64,000 nucleotides of DNA from a bacterium. GTDB lineage: Bacteria > Patescibacteriota > Minisyncoccia > Phycocordibacterales > UBA6899. The notes beneath the pieces are model-generated. The model did no database searches and had not been told where the DNA came from. It worked only from the letters and a program-made list of their open reading frames with translations. Below are positions 37,526 through 46,437 of this stretch, in pieces. The stretch is from positions 40,614 to 104,613 of the forward strand of contig JAYUQG010000005.1 of assembly GCA_043756865.1 (NCBI GenBank), written 5' to 3'. A program made the position numbers and the translations under genes. Position 1 is the first letter of the stretch. Every line of letters begins with the position of its first letter.

Positions 37526-38844
37526 TGAAATTTCAAACCATACTTCTTACATTTTTTGGTGTCATGGCGGTTGTTGGGCTAATTGTATTTTCGAAGTCTG
37601 ATGCCGAAAAAGACAATTCACCCATAGCAGAAGCCCAAGGTACCGTGGTGATATGGGGAACCTACCCAGGCACGGGCATGGCAGCAGTTATGGAAAAGTT
37701 TAATCAAACGTATGCGCTTAGCTTCACTACGGTCTATCAGTATCATGATCCCAAAACATTTGATTCCGATATTGTAGAGGCACTTGCGAGCGGTCGCGGT
37801 CCAGATATTTTGCTCCTGCCTGATGATCTTATCCTTCGACATTCAGACAAGATTGACATTATTCCTTATGCGGCGATGCCACCGGGAGTATTTTCTCAGA
37901 TGTTTATACAAGCTGCCGAGATTTATCTTCGCGACACCGGAGTCGTGGCACTCCCGTTCGCACTAGACCCGATTGTTATGTATTGGAATAGAGATTTATT
38001 TAACAACGAGTCGATTACCCAACCACCACAGTATTGGGACGAGTTACTCGTCATGGTGCCCAAGTTTACAAAGCGTGATCCCAAGACATCAGAAATTAAA
38101 CAAAGCGGGGTAGCATTCGGTGAGTATGCGAATGTTGATCACGCCAAGGACATTATTGCCATGCTGTTAATTCAGGTGGGCAACCCCCTAGTGAAGTTTG
38201 TTGATGGACGCCCTAAATCCTTTATTGCTGGGACAAGTGATGGTTACACTTTTGTCCCCGATGAGGACACTATTTCCGCATTTCGTTTCTTTATGGATTT
38301 TTCCAATCCACTAAAGGGAATATATACCTGGACTCGTTCCAAGAGTGGTTCACTCAATGAATTCATCAATGGCAATCTGGCAATTCATTTTGACTACGCA
38401 AGTTCATACAAAAAAATTCAGGAAAAGAATCCCTACCTAAATTTTTCCGTTGCCCAAGTTCCACTACCTCGCGGTACGAAAGTGCAGGCCACATACGGGA
38501 AAATGCACGGTTTCGCCGTACTCAAAACATCGCAAAACAAAAAAACCGCGCTCATCGCAATTCAGCGTCTTCTTTTTGATAAGGACCCCTCAGCAGATTT
38601 TGCTGCAGCCTTCAGTCTGCCGCCCGTACGGCGCGACCAGCTTGCGGTAAAACCCAATGACGCAGCACTTGCAGTGTTTTATGATGCCGCCATCCGTTCT
38701 CGCTCATGGTTAGACCCAAAGCCCGAACTTACTGATAAGGCCTTTAAAGAGGCCGTAGAGGGAGTTTCCTCTGGAAAAATGCCGATTGCGTTTTCACTCA
38801 CCGACCTGAGTTCTAAAATAACTGTTCCATTAGCTGCTTACTAA
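37525..38844 (+). CDS. extracellular solute-binding protein (ABC transporter, family 1 type)
   Basis: Signal anchor plus ~420-aa binding-protein fold. Confidence 0.6.
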   Translation: MKFQTILLTFFGVMAVVGLIVFSKSDAEKDNSPIAEAQGTVVIWGTYPGTGMAAVMEKFNQTYALSFTTVYQYHDPKTFDSDIVEALASGRGPDILLLPDDLILRHSDKIDIIPYAAMPPGVFSQMFIQAAEIYLRDTGVVALPFALDPIVMYWNRDLFNNESITQPPQYWDELLVMVPKFTKRDPKTSEIKQSGVAFGEYANVDHAKDIIAMLLIQVGNPLVKFVDGRPKSFIAGTSDGYTFVPDEDTISAFRFFMDFSNPLKGIYTWTRSKSGSLNEFINGNLAIHFDYASSYKKIQEKNPYLNFSVAQVPLPRGTKVQATYGKMHGFAVLKTSQNKKTALIAIQRLLFDKDPSADFAAAFSLPPVRRDQLAVKPNDAALAVFYDAAIRSRSWLDPKPELTDKAFKEAVEGVSSGKMPIAFSLTDLSSKITVPLAAY

Positions 38845-38855
38845 AGTTTATTGTT

Positions 38856-39272
38856 ATGACACGCTCAATTATTTTCTTTTTCGCAACCCTGCTTTTGGTC
38901 ATTAGTCCATCTGTTGTTTTCGGTCAGTCAACGATAATTCCTTGCGGATTTGACTTGAACGGTGACACCGTTATCAAAAATACTGCCGGCTTTGATGAAG
39001 AATGTGATTTCAATGACCTTATCACGCTTGCGCAAAACGTCATCAACTTCCTAATCTTCGCTATAGCGGGACCACTTGCAGCACTGATGTTTGCCTATGC
39101 AGGATTTCTGTATGTCACCAACCGCGGAAATGAAGGTCAAGTCAAACAAGCGCACGAAATATTTCTTTATGTGTTCTGGGGTCTTGTTATTGCCTTAGGC
39201 GCATGGGTATTTGTAAACTTTATTCTCGAGTTCTTACTAGGAGCCGGCTCAGGATTTAATTTCCTTACATAA
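38856..39272 (+). CDS. paralog 1 of an 8-member small two-TM secreted/membrane protein family (TrbC/VirB2-pilin-like topology)
   Basis: Signal peptide, hydrophilic segment, TM1, charged loop (NRGNEGQVKQAHE), TM2. Confidence 0.55.
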   Translation: MTRSIIFFFATLLLVISPSVVFGQSTIIPCGFDLNGDTVIKNTAGFDEECDFNDLITLAQNVINFLIFAIAGPLAALMFAYAGFLYVTNRGNEGQVKQAHEIFLYVFWGLVIALGAWVFVNFILEFLLGAGSGFNFLT

Positions 39273-39278
39273 TTTTAT

Positions 39279-39656
39279 ATGAATAATAAACTTTTAACCC
39301 ATGTCGGCACCCTTGCAGTGCTCCTCACCCCGATGGTGCTTGTGCATGCGGCCACCACGTATAATAATCCCGTTACCTATGCAGGCGTTTCTTCGATTCC
39401 ATGCTTTCTTGTTGCACTTGTCGACTTGATATTTCTTGTTGGAGTTCCGATTATCGTGTTATTTATTATTTATTCTGGATTTCTCTTTGTCACCGGTGGA
39501 GACAATGAGGCGCAGGTCAAGAAGGCGCGGTTTGTCTTTACTTGGACAATGGTTGGCGCGCTGGTACTTTTGGGCGCAAAAGCCATCGCACTTGCGGTAA
39601 AAAATACCGTACTGAGCCTGGGTGGTATGGCTTCTGTTGTGGGGGTCTGCGCATAG
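39279..39656 (+). CDS. paralog 2 of the pilin-like family
   Basis: Same architecture; loop GGDNEAQVKKAR. Confidence 0.55.
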   Translation: MNNKLLTHVGTLAVLLTPMVLVHAATTYNNPVTYAGVSSIPCFLVALVDLIFLVGVPIIVLFIIYSGFLFVTGGDNEAQVKKARFVFTWTMVGALVLLGAKAIALAVKNTVLSLGGMASVVGVCA

Positions 39657-39676
39657 CATAGAATATAATTTCCTAT

Positions 39677-40021
39677 ATGATTAATAAATTTTCACAAGTT
39701 GTTATTTCCATAGTATTTGCCACTTATCCGTTAAGCGTGTTTGCGGGTCCATTCAATACACTCAATAACCCCACTCCTGCGGGCGCAAATACATTTCAGG
39801 ATTATATCTACTTATTGGTACAAATTGCGCAATTAGTAGGCATACCCATGCTCGTTATGTGTATTATTTATGCGGGTTTTCTTATGGTTACAGCCGGGGG
39901 CAACGAAGAGCAGATTTCTAAGTCTAAACTTTGGTTTCTTTGGACGCTCGTCGGCGCGGCAATTATACTCGGAGCAAAGGTGCTTGCAGATCTTATCAAA
40001 GGTACAGCAACCGCATTTTAA
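39677..40021 (+). CDS. paralog 3 of the pilin-like family
   Basis: Same architecture; loop AGGNEEQISKSK. Confidence 0.55.
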   Translation: MINKFSQVVISIVFATYPLSVFAGPFNTLNNPTPAGANTFQDYIYLLVQIAQLVGIPMLVMCIIYAGFLMVTAGGNEEQISKSKLWFLWTLVGAAIILGAKVLADLIKGTATAF

Positions 40022-40025
40022 AAAT

Positions 40026-40373
40026 ATGAAATACCGATACATATCAATTGCCGCGCTCTTCACTCTACCGAGTATTGCTTTTGCCGCAGCGGCAGCAAAC
40101 TTTAAGGAGCTTGCAGAATTTTTTCTTATCGTCATTCAAAACCTCATCAGCATTATGTTTGCGGCGATGACCGTGGGACTTCTTTATGGAGTGGTGTTGT
40201 ACTTCATTAATTCTGACAACGAGAAAAAACGCGAAGAGATTCGCGGCTATCTCGTGTACGGCGTGATGGCAGTCATTGCAGTTATGGGGCTCTGGGGATT
40301 TATCGCATTGCTGAACTCAAGTTTCTTTGGTACGGCTGTGGGCATCCCTTATATTAGCAAACCATCAGTATGA
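40026..40373 (+). CDS. paralog 4 of the pilin-like family
   Basis: Same architecture; loop NSDNEKKREEIRG. Confidence 0.55.
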   Translation: MKYRYISIAALFTLPSIAFAAAAANFKELAEFFLIVIQNLISIMFAAMTVGLLYGVVLYFINSDNEKKREEIRGYLVYGVMAVIAVMGLWGFIALLNSSFFGTAVGIPYISKPSV

Positions 40374-40735
40374 TTTATTTTACACTTGCCATCGCTTTGG
40401 GGTTCGGTCTGTTTATTCCAGCAGCTGCATTTGCCGCATTTTCGAACATTCTCGGACTAGAGAGCTACCTATACGAGATCCTTTCAGCACTTTCAATGTT
40501 GTTCTGGGTGATGGCAATCGCATTTTTTATGTGGGGAGTGATAAAGTTTATCGCCAATACTGACGACCCCGCAAAACGCGAAGAAGGAAAGAAGTTTCTC
40601 GTGTGGTCAGTAATTGCATTCCTTGTACTCGTTTCTATTTGGGGGATAGTGCGATTTCTTTTGGTGGATACTATTGGAATTATGCCCGGTTCTACTAACG
40701 TGGTGTTTATAGACAAAAACGGTGTTCCCGTTTAA
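40370..40735 (+). CDS. paralog 5 of the pilin-like family
   Basis: Same architecture; loop NTDDPAKREEGKK; 4-nt overlap with paralog 4. Confidence 0.55.
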   Translation: MIYFTLAIALGFGLFIPAAAFAAFSNILGLESYLYEILSALSMLFWVMAIAFFMWGVIKFIANTDDPAKREEGKKFLVWSVIAFLVLVSIWGIVRFLLVDTIGIMPGSTNVVFIDKNGVPV

Positions 40736-40846
40736 GAGTATATTTTCTTACGCCATCTCCAATTTACTCTTTCTTATTCAGTAAGTTTTAGAGGTGCACC
40801 ACAAGAGTACATCCATTTTTATACTCCTTACGGTCGGTAAAAATTA

Positions 40847-40971
40847 GGTGCACCACGGGAGTATTTCCAATCTCTAACTCGCGATGCTCGAAGGGATTTA
40901 GGTCACTCCTTGGCGACCAATTTTTCTTTACGGTCCTCCGTGTTAGAAAAATGAAGTACTCCCCGTGGTGC
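40847..40971. repeat. 125-bp segment flanked by ~19-bp inverted repeats (GGTGCACCACGGGAGTA / TACTCCCCGTGGTGC), with a third direct copy at 40794-40815
   Basis: Located in the 558-bp gap that splits the paralog array. Confidence 0.45.
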
Positions 40972-41122
40972 TTTGAAAAGTGTCTCCTCGGAAACTAATT
41001 CAGAAATAGTTAACGAGAGTTGGCATCAGAAAACTAGAGAACTACAGCTAGCCTGTTTTTTGGGTAGCATATAATTAACCGTAGGTGAGTTTACGCTCAC
41101 CATGATGAAATTACGAAAAGTA

Positions 41123-41151
41123 TTGACAATAAGCGCAATTTCTGATACAGT
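41123..41151 (+). promoter_or_regulatory. sigma70-like promoter TTGACA-N17-TACAGT upstream of paralogs 6-8
   Basis: tattgacaataagcgcaatttctgatacagttatatat. Confidence 0.45.
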
Positions 41152-41293
41152 TATATATTGACCTTTAGAAATGATAATCCACAGGTATCTCTTGCGGACG
41201 ATTGTGCAGTAAGGTCAAGTAGGATATCATTTAAGTATAGTTTCGTAGTAGGTCGTTTTGTTTCTTATTAACAGTTTATACACATTTTAGTTT

Positions 41294-41647
41294 ATGAAAA
41301 AATTAATCACCATCGCAATGCTTTTCGGTGTAACGAAGGTCGCATTTGCAGCTTCTACTCTGCAAAACACACTGACCGAGGTTAAGTCACTTGTTGACTT
41401 CCTCGTTCCACTGCTTCTTTCGCTCGCGGTCCTCATGTTCTTCTGGGGATTGGTCAAGTATATTGCCAATGCAAGCGACGAGGCTGCAAAGGAGTCAGGC
41501 AAGACCCTCATGATTTGGGGTATGGTCGCGATCTTCGTTATGGTTGCCTTCTGGGGAATCATCGGCTACGTACAGCAGACACTTGGTCTTTCAGGAACAA
41601 TCAATACTCCTGCAGCACCTGTCATCAACATCATTCCTACGACCTAA
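41294..41647 (+). CDS. paralog 6 of the pilin-like family
   Basis: Same architecture; loop NASDEAAKESGKT; intrinsic terminator follows. Confidence 0.55.
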   Translation: MKKLITIAMLFGVTKVAFAASTLQNTLTEVKSLVDFLVPLLLSLAVLMFFWGLVKYIANASDEAAKESGKTLMIWGMVAIFVMVAFWGIIGYVQQTLGLSGTINTPAAPVINIIPTT

Positions 41648-41731
41648 ATCGTCTAGGTTTGGTATTCGAAAACACCCGCTACTGCGGGTGTTTTCATTTT
41701 GACTCTTTGAATCCAATCCGCATCCTTTTCT

Positions 41732-42100
41732 GTGGTTAAAAGACTTCTATTCCTTCTTCTGGGTTGCTATACTTTGCCTATGTTACAAATATTTCTTCCG
41801 AGCGTGGCGCATGCAGCTCCACCCCCGATTCCTAATAGTGTGCTTAATTTCGTTGGACTCATTTCAAGTGAAATCCTCAATCCCGTCATTGCGCTTATGT
41901 TTGGGCTTGCAACTGCGTATTTTATATATGGTATTTTGGTTTATATCTGGAATCCAGACAATGAAGAGGCACGAGATAGTGGCCGCAGAACAATGCTTTG
42001 GGGCATTATCGGTATGTTTATTATGGTCGCCGTGTTCGGAATTATGAGGTTCCTTATTAGTAGTATTGGCGCTGATCCTGCGCTTATGAATTATGTCTAA
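41732..42100 (+). CDS. paralog 7 of the pilin-like family (GTG start)
   Basis: Signal peptide MVKRLLFLLLGC...VAHA; loop NPDNEEARDSGRR. Confidence 0.5.
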   Translation: MVKRLLFLLLGCYTLPMLQIFLPSVAHAAPPPIPNSVLNFVGLISSEILNPVIALMFGLATAYFIYGILVYIWNPDNEEARDSGRRTMLWGIIGMFIMVAVFGIMRFLISSIGADPALMNYV

Positions 42101-42440
42101 AAAATTCGTTTTCATTCTTCTTTTTGGTCTTCCAGCCGTCTCCAGCGCAGCATCTATGCTCACATTCATTAACGATGTAACTGGCTATTTTGCTGATTTA
42201 ATTCCCATTTTCCTCAGTTTAATGATTGTGGTGTTCTTTTGGGGAGTAGTAAAGTTTATTTATCACGCAGATGACGAAAAGGCAGTTGCAGAAGGAAAGT
42301 CCATTATGATTTGGGGAGTTGTGGGTATCGGTGTCGTCGCGCTCTTGTGGGGTATTGTCGGATATTTGCAGGTTTCATTAGGCCTTAATACGACGACAAC
42401 AGTTGGAAATGGTCCGCAGATTGTGACAAATATTCCCTAG
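42093..42440 (+). CDS. paralog 8 of the pilin-like family
   Basis: Loop HADDEKAVAEGKS; 8-nt overlap with paralog 7. Confidence 0.55.
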   Translation: MSKKFVFILLFGLPAVSSAASMLTFINDVTGYFADLIPIFLSLMIVVFFWGVVKFIYHADDEKAVAEGKSIMIWGVVGIGVVALLWGIVGYLQVSLGLNTTTTVGNGPQIVTNIP

Positions 42441-42802
42441 AACCCATCCACCATCTTTTGTGCCGTACCAGAAAAGCGACATTTTGCCTGATAAAACAGT
42501 CTTCGCGAGCCAATGATGCTTTGGCATCATTTCCTGCTCCAGACAATTTTCTCATGCAAAATCTCATCTTTTTGGCATCGACAAAAAGATAGTGGATAGG
42601 CTCTTTGGACTCGTCCACCAATAACTTCATAGTTATTGGTGATGACGGTCCTTTGTGCCAGGTCCATTTTTTATAGCAACCTATTAATGGATGAAGTCTT
42701 AGTTTCCCCCTTTGTTGTGAGCGGGTTTCGAGGATACATCTTTGAGCATAAAAAAACGCCGAGGACTAGCCTCGACGCGTGCGCATCTGCGCAAAAGAAC
42801 GC

Positions 42803-44428
42803 TTACTTTTTCAACCTGACCATCACCTTGGCATCGGCCCCCGTATCGTTGAGGACTCTTGCCATTACGGAGGCATCTGCGGGAAGCTTCCCGAGAAAGA
42901 TCTCAATGACAAAGTGACTGCCACCAGTGTCCCATCTCAGATAGAATTCACCCGACTGCGAGCCACCTTCGTTGGACCATATGCCCCAGCACGACTTCGG
43001 CGTTTTGGCTTTACTGTCGGTTGCAGAAGCGCACTGCCCATTGAAGAGTAGATTCCATTCAGGACGGGATTCATCCAAGAGCACACGAAGGCTGATTTTG
43101 TCTGCAACGTAGCTCTCGTCACCGAGCGGCTTTTTTGTGCCGTGGTAGTTGTATTGAGGAAGACCCTTGTGTGGGTTTGGCTGCTGATACAGTGCCTCGT
43201 ATTTCGGAGCATCTCCGAGCATGAGTGCGGGTTCACGGCGAACCGTGGAGCTCGGCGTAGACATAGCATTTCTGCCGGTCACGACGTCCTTCATAGTTTC
43301 CATACTCGGCACGTTCGGGTTATCCGAAAGGACGGTGTACCCACCCCAGCCCAGGCCACCAGCTGCACCGAGCCAAAGCAGCGCCGGCCCAAGCTTGAGA
43401 CTCTCCTTTGCTTTTCCGCCCGCAGTAGCTACAGCACCGTTTCTCCTGTTCCATGCCCATTTTATCCCCCAAAACACGGGAATATGTAGAATCAGCAGGA
43501 CGAGGGCGTAGCCTGGGTTTTCAGACACCCATTTTGACCACGTTGCTGGTTGTGACCATATGAAGGCAGCGTTGCCCGCTACCTCACCCGTTTTTGAGCC
43601 GCCCGCTTTGATGGGCTTCCTTCCTGCATACGAGTCTTCCCAGACTTTTTTTGCTGGAGGCCAGTACTTGCCCATTTCTTCGAGCGTAATGTTGCCATTT
43701 GCCTCGCAAAGCGATTTGTATGCAGTGGCTTGTTCCGGAGCCCACTTCTTGCGTGCGTCGTCGGAGTGTTTACACTCCATGAGTGCTTTTGTCCACCTGA
43801 GTTGCTTCTGCAGGCGATCGTCTTGGATTTTTACGTCCGCATCGCCCAGCTCGTTTGCCGCAATCTCCGACTGTGGCGTACCTGTGAGCGTGATTCCTAC
43901 CTTTTTGAGGAGGTGGGGATTCATCTGTGGGATCACACCTGCAATGGCCAGCACAACAATGGTACCCGTAATCCACGGCAGCCACTCGTCAAGATGGCTA
44001 TTTGGAAGCAGGAGTGCGGCTGCGATACACACGACAATCACAAGGATTATCTGCGGGAATGCAGTGGGCGCTCCAATCATGCGACAGACGATAGCGACAT
44101 AACCTGCCACAACGGCTGAGATGATCAAGAGGAGGTAGAGCCTCCACACAGACTTCTTTGCAGGGTCGTCTTTGTGGTAGAAGAACTCACCGAGTGCCGC
44201 TATTCCGCCGACGTTCGGCTGCCAGTAGATTTTCGTGAGTAGAATCACGAACAACCACATGGCAATGTTGATTACGCCGTACCCGCCCCAAGCCGTAAGG
44301 CCCCAGAGCGAGAGGAGGTAGACGAGCACGAAGCCGAATACCGCCATCATCTTTCCGTACGCCCAATTTGTGGCGTATACCACTTCGTCTTTCGCCAGCT
44401 TGGCGAGGTTCGATGCGTTGTTTGTCAT
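42803..44428 (-). CDS. large polytopic membrane protein (about 6-7 TM with two large hydrophilic domains), function unknown; VirB6/TrbL-like role is speculative
   Basis: Start set at MTNNASN, overlapping the upstream stop codon (translational coupling). Confidence 0.5.
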   Translation of the reverse strand: MTNNASNLAKLAKDEVVYATNWAYGKMMAVFGFVLVYLLSLWGLTAWGGYGVINIAMWLFVILLTKIYWQPNVGGIAALGEFFYHKDDPAKKSVWRLYLLLIISAVVAGYVAIVCRMIGAPTAFPQIILVIVVCIAAALLLPNSHLDEWLPWITGTIVVLAIAGVIPQMNPHLLKKVGITLTGTPQSEIAANELGDADVKIQDDRLQKQLRWTKALMECKHSDDARKKWAPEQATAYKSLCEANGNITLEEMGKYWPPAKKVWEDSYAGRKPIKAGGSKTGEVAGNAAFIWSQPATWSKWVSENPGYALVLLILHIPVFWGIKWAWNRRNGAVATAGGKAKESLKLGPALLWLGAAGGLGWGGYTVLSDNPNVPSMETMKDVVTGRNAMSTPSSTVRREPALMLGDAPKYEALYQQPNPHKGLPQYNYHGTKKPLGDESYVADKISLRVLLDESRPEWNLLFNGQCASATDSKAKTPKSCWGIWSNEGGSQSGEFYLRWDTGGSHFVIEIFLGKLPADASVMARVLNDTGADAKVMVRLKK

Positions 44429-45252
44429 CACTTTCTCCTTGAGCGGATGCCGAACATCCGTAGAGTTGTATTGATGGCGCCGTCTCCCTGCAACAGGGGT
44501 TCCGGCACCGGTTTTGCGCCGGTGAGACCCGTGTTTGCGAATCGTCCCCACAAACTCATGGAGACAGGTTTGGCGCGCTTGGCGTTCCTTTCTGCGATGA
44601 ATGCAGTGACTTTGGGGGAGTCGACGAGCTCTTTGAGGCTATTCACCTCCAGAGGATCGAGAACGGTTACCTTGAAGCCTTTTGAGTACATTGCCCATGT
44701 CTTCACGATTGGGCTTTGCTCAAGAATGCGTAGGTTGTACAGCGAATTCACGACTTCGCGCATGCGCCCGTCTGGTGTGTCGCCGATGCGAGCCACAATC
44801 ATTTGAAGCGTTTTTACGCGATCGTCAATCTCACTTACGGTGAGGGTCTGCTGCACGACATCTTCGGTCGGCTTGTCAGCCGGATTCTTTCCACCGTCTT
44901 GGCGCACTGTTTTTGTGGTGGACTTCGGCACCAACTGGATTGACGTTATTGTCATCCAGAAAAAGTACCGTTCGTAGTCGGTCATCGCCTTAAGCAGACG
45001 TTCGAGCTTTGCCGCTTCTTCGGTTGTAAGCTTGCCGAGCAAAAGGGCGGTAAGAGAGTTCTCACCGAACCCAATGCCAAACATTTTCGGCATCTGCTGC
45101 TTAATGACGTCTGCGCCACCTGCATCGAGAAATGACTGGATGCGACCACCCATACCACTGCCGTGCGCGGGGTTGCCCCTGAATGCGGCCATGAGCGATG
45201 CTGCGAGACTGGTCACCTCCAGCGCGGTTTCTGCCTTACCCATTCCGGTCAT
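44428..45252 (-). CDS. hypothetical soluble protein (274 aa) co-transcribed with the large membrane protein
   Basis: Protein-like composition; operon arrangement. Confidence 0.45.
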   Translation of the reverse strand: MTGMGKAETALEVTSLAASLMAAFRGNPAHGSGMGGRIQSFLDAGGADVIKQQMPKMFGIGFGENSLTALLLGKLTTEEAAKLERLLKAMTDYERYFFWMTITSIQLVPKSTTKTVRQDGGKNPADKPTEDVVQQTLTVSEIDDRVKTLQMIVARIGDTPDGRMREVVNSLYNLRILEQSPIVKTWAMYSKGFKVTVLDPLEVNSLKELVDSPKVTAFIAERNAKRAKPVSMSLWGRFANTGLTGAKPVPEPLLQGDGAINTTLRMFGIRSRRK

Positions 45253-45439
45253 GATGTATCCTTTCGTTTGTGATAGTCAAATTGTCAAAGTGTAAATTCC
45301 AAACGGAATTCTGTAAACATTATAGCAAATTATACAAGAAAAGTCAAGTATTTAGGTCTCAAATAATGGCTTAACCACAACAAATAATACCCTAGTATTT
45401 TAGTGTGTGTTGCGGTCTATGTGGATTGGTGACAAATCT

Positions 45440-45756
45440 CTAATTTTTTTTCTTGTACAGACAAAAAATGTAAGTGTTCGCAACCCCACAGCGCTGTTTC
45501 GCGTGCTCGCGAAACAGCGCTGTGGTTCACAATATCGAGGGAGGACTAGGTCACAAGTCACTAAGTCTTGTGACTCACTTCGTGAGCCAAAAGCAAAGTG
45601 CTCGCGACCCTTACAGGGTTTGTACACCTTGTTGGTTTTCTCAAAATGGGAATTTCTCGAAAACATCGTCAAGGTCTTCAAGTCCTCTCGCGAAAGTGCA
45701 GCCAAGCACCTTCTCTGGGCACAATGCAAAAATCCCTTCTGGGGATTTTTGCATTG
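45440..45756. repeat. composite tRNA-linked repeat/hairpin region downstream of tRNA-Leu(TAG)
   Basis: 18-bp hairpin ccacagcgctgtttcgcg/cgcgaaacagcgctgtgg; gtcacaagtcactaag block; cccttacagggt block; degenerate GGGCTTCGACTCC box; 22-bp hairpin ctgggcacaatgcaaaaatccc/ggggatttttgcattgtgcccag that includes the tRNA 3' end. Confidence 0.55.
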
Positions 45757-45838
45757 TGCCCAGGAGAGGACTTGAACCTCCACCTCTTGCGAGACCAGTT
45801 CCTAAGACTGGCGCGGCTACCAATTACGCCACCTGGGC
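45757..45838 (-). tRNA. tRNA-Leu (anticodon TAG), long variable arm, no encoded CCA
   Basis: Manual fold: acceptor GCCCAGG/CCTGGGC, anticodon stem-loop CCAGT-CTTAGGA-ACTGG, T-arm GGAGG-TTCAAGT-CCTCT. Confidence 0.8.
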
Positions 45839-45919
45839 AGGTGATAGGGGAATACTATACTGATTATTGGGAAAAAGAAATGGCACAAAAAAGCGGCACG
45901 AGGCCGCTCCTGTTCCTTC

Positions 45920-46090
45920 TTAATTGGGTGAGTTGTACTTCACCATTGCCTGCATGGGGAAGCCACCTTGACCTAAGGCAACTCCGCCTTGCGGGACCCA
46001 GCCATGTTTAATGCATTCGCTAACTGCCTTTGCCAGGCACCCAATGTCATGGTTTGAGACGATGCGATACTCAGCGATTTCAGTGTTCAT
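45920..46090 (-). CDS. small conserved-looking protein (56 aa, MNTEIAEYRIVSNHDIGCLAKAV...)
   Basis: Strong AGGAGG Shine-Dalgarno 7 nt upstream; below the ORF-track cut-off. Confidence 0.45.
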   Translation of the reverse strand: MNTEIAEYRIVSNHDIGCLAKAVSECIKHGWVPQGGVALGQGGFPMQAMVKYNSPN

Positions 46091-46189
46091 GGTTACTGCC
46101 TCCTGAAGCTACTAATATGTTACTATGAAAAAAAGTGTTAGTCAACTGTATGAGTAGTGCACAGTAATATTTTAGGAAACGCTCAAAGA

Positions 46190-46437
46190 TTTTTGCAACC
46201 TTCACCCAGCTGCATCCTCGGCTCCCGCAGTGGGCATTCGGGCTTTGGTCACAAGTCACTAGATTTCGGCAGGAATTTCGGTCATTACATGACCAGTACC
46301 CGTTTCCCATTTCTTCGTGATATGAATCACTCACAAATATGGGAGAACGGCTTCGAATCCTGCCAGAAGTGCCGCAGGGCACTTCTTCGGGGGCACACAT
46401 AACAAAAAAACTGCCAAAGCAGTTTTTTTGTTATGTG
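46190..46437. repeat. composite tRNA-linked repeat downstream of tRNA-Lys
   Basis: ggtcacaagtcactag block; ggtcattacatgacc hairpin + AGTACCCGTTTCCCAT; ATATGGGAGAACGGCTTCGAATCC box; gaagtgcc-gcag-ggcacttc hairpin; 27-bp hairpin including the tRNA 3' end. Confidence 0.6.

Noticed and set aside
38856-42440. CRISPR array or tandem DNA repeat as the explanation for the eight similar-sized units
   Set aside because: The units are ~350-400 bp protein-coding genes with individual RBSs and low nucleotide identity; there are no short exact direct repeats with unique spacers.
38856-45252. Calling the locus a type IV secretion system outright
   Set aside because: Only the pilin-like topology and a large polytopic membrane protein are present; no VirB4/VirD4/VirB11 ATPase is in the window. 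It is reported as a candidate only.
45400-46011. ORF-track entries 45400..45783, 45407..45775, 45474..45863, 45598..46011 and 45641..45823
   Set aside because: They overlap tRNA-Leu(TAG) and the hairpin-dense repeat region on both strands; palindromic DNA generates long open frames artefactually.
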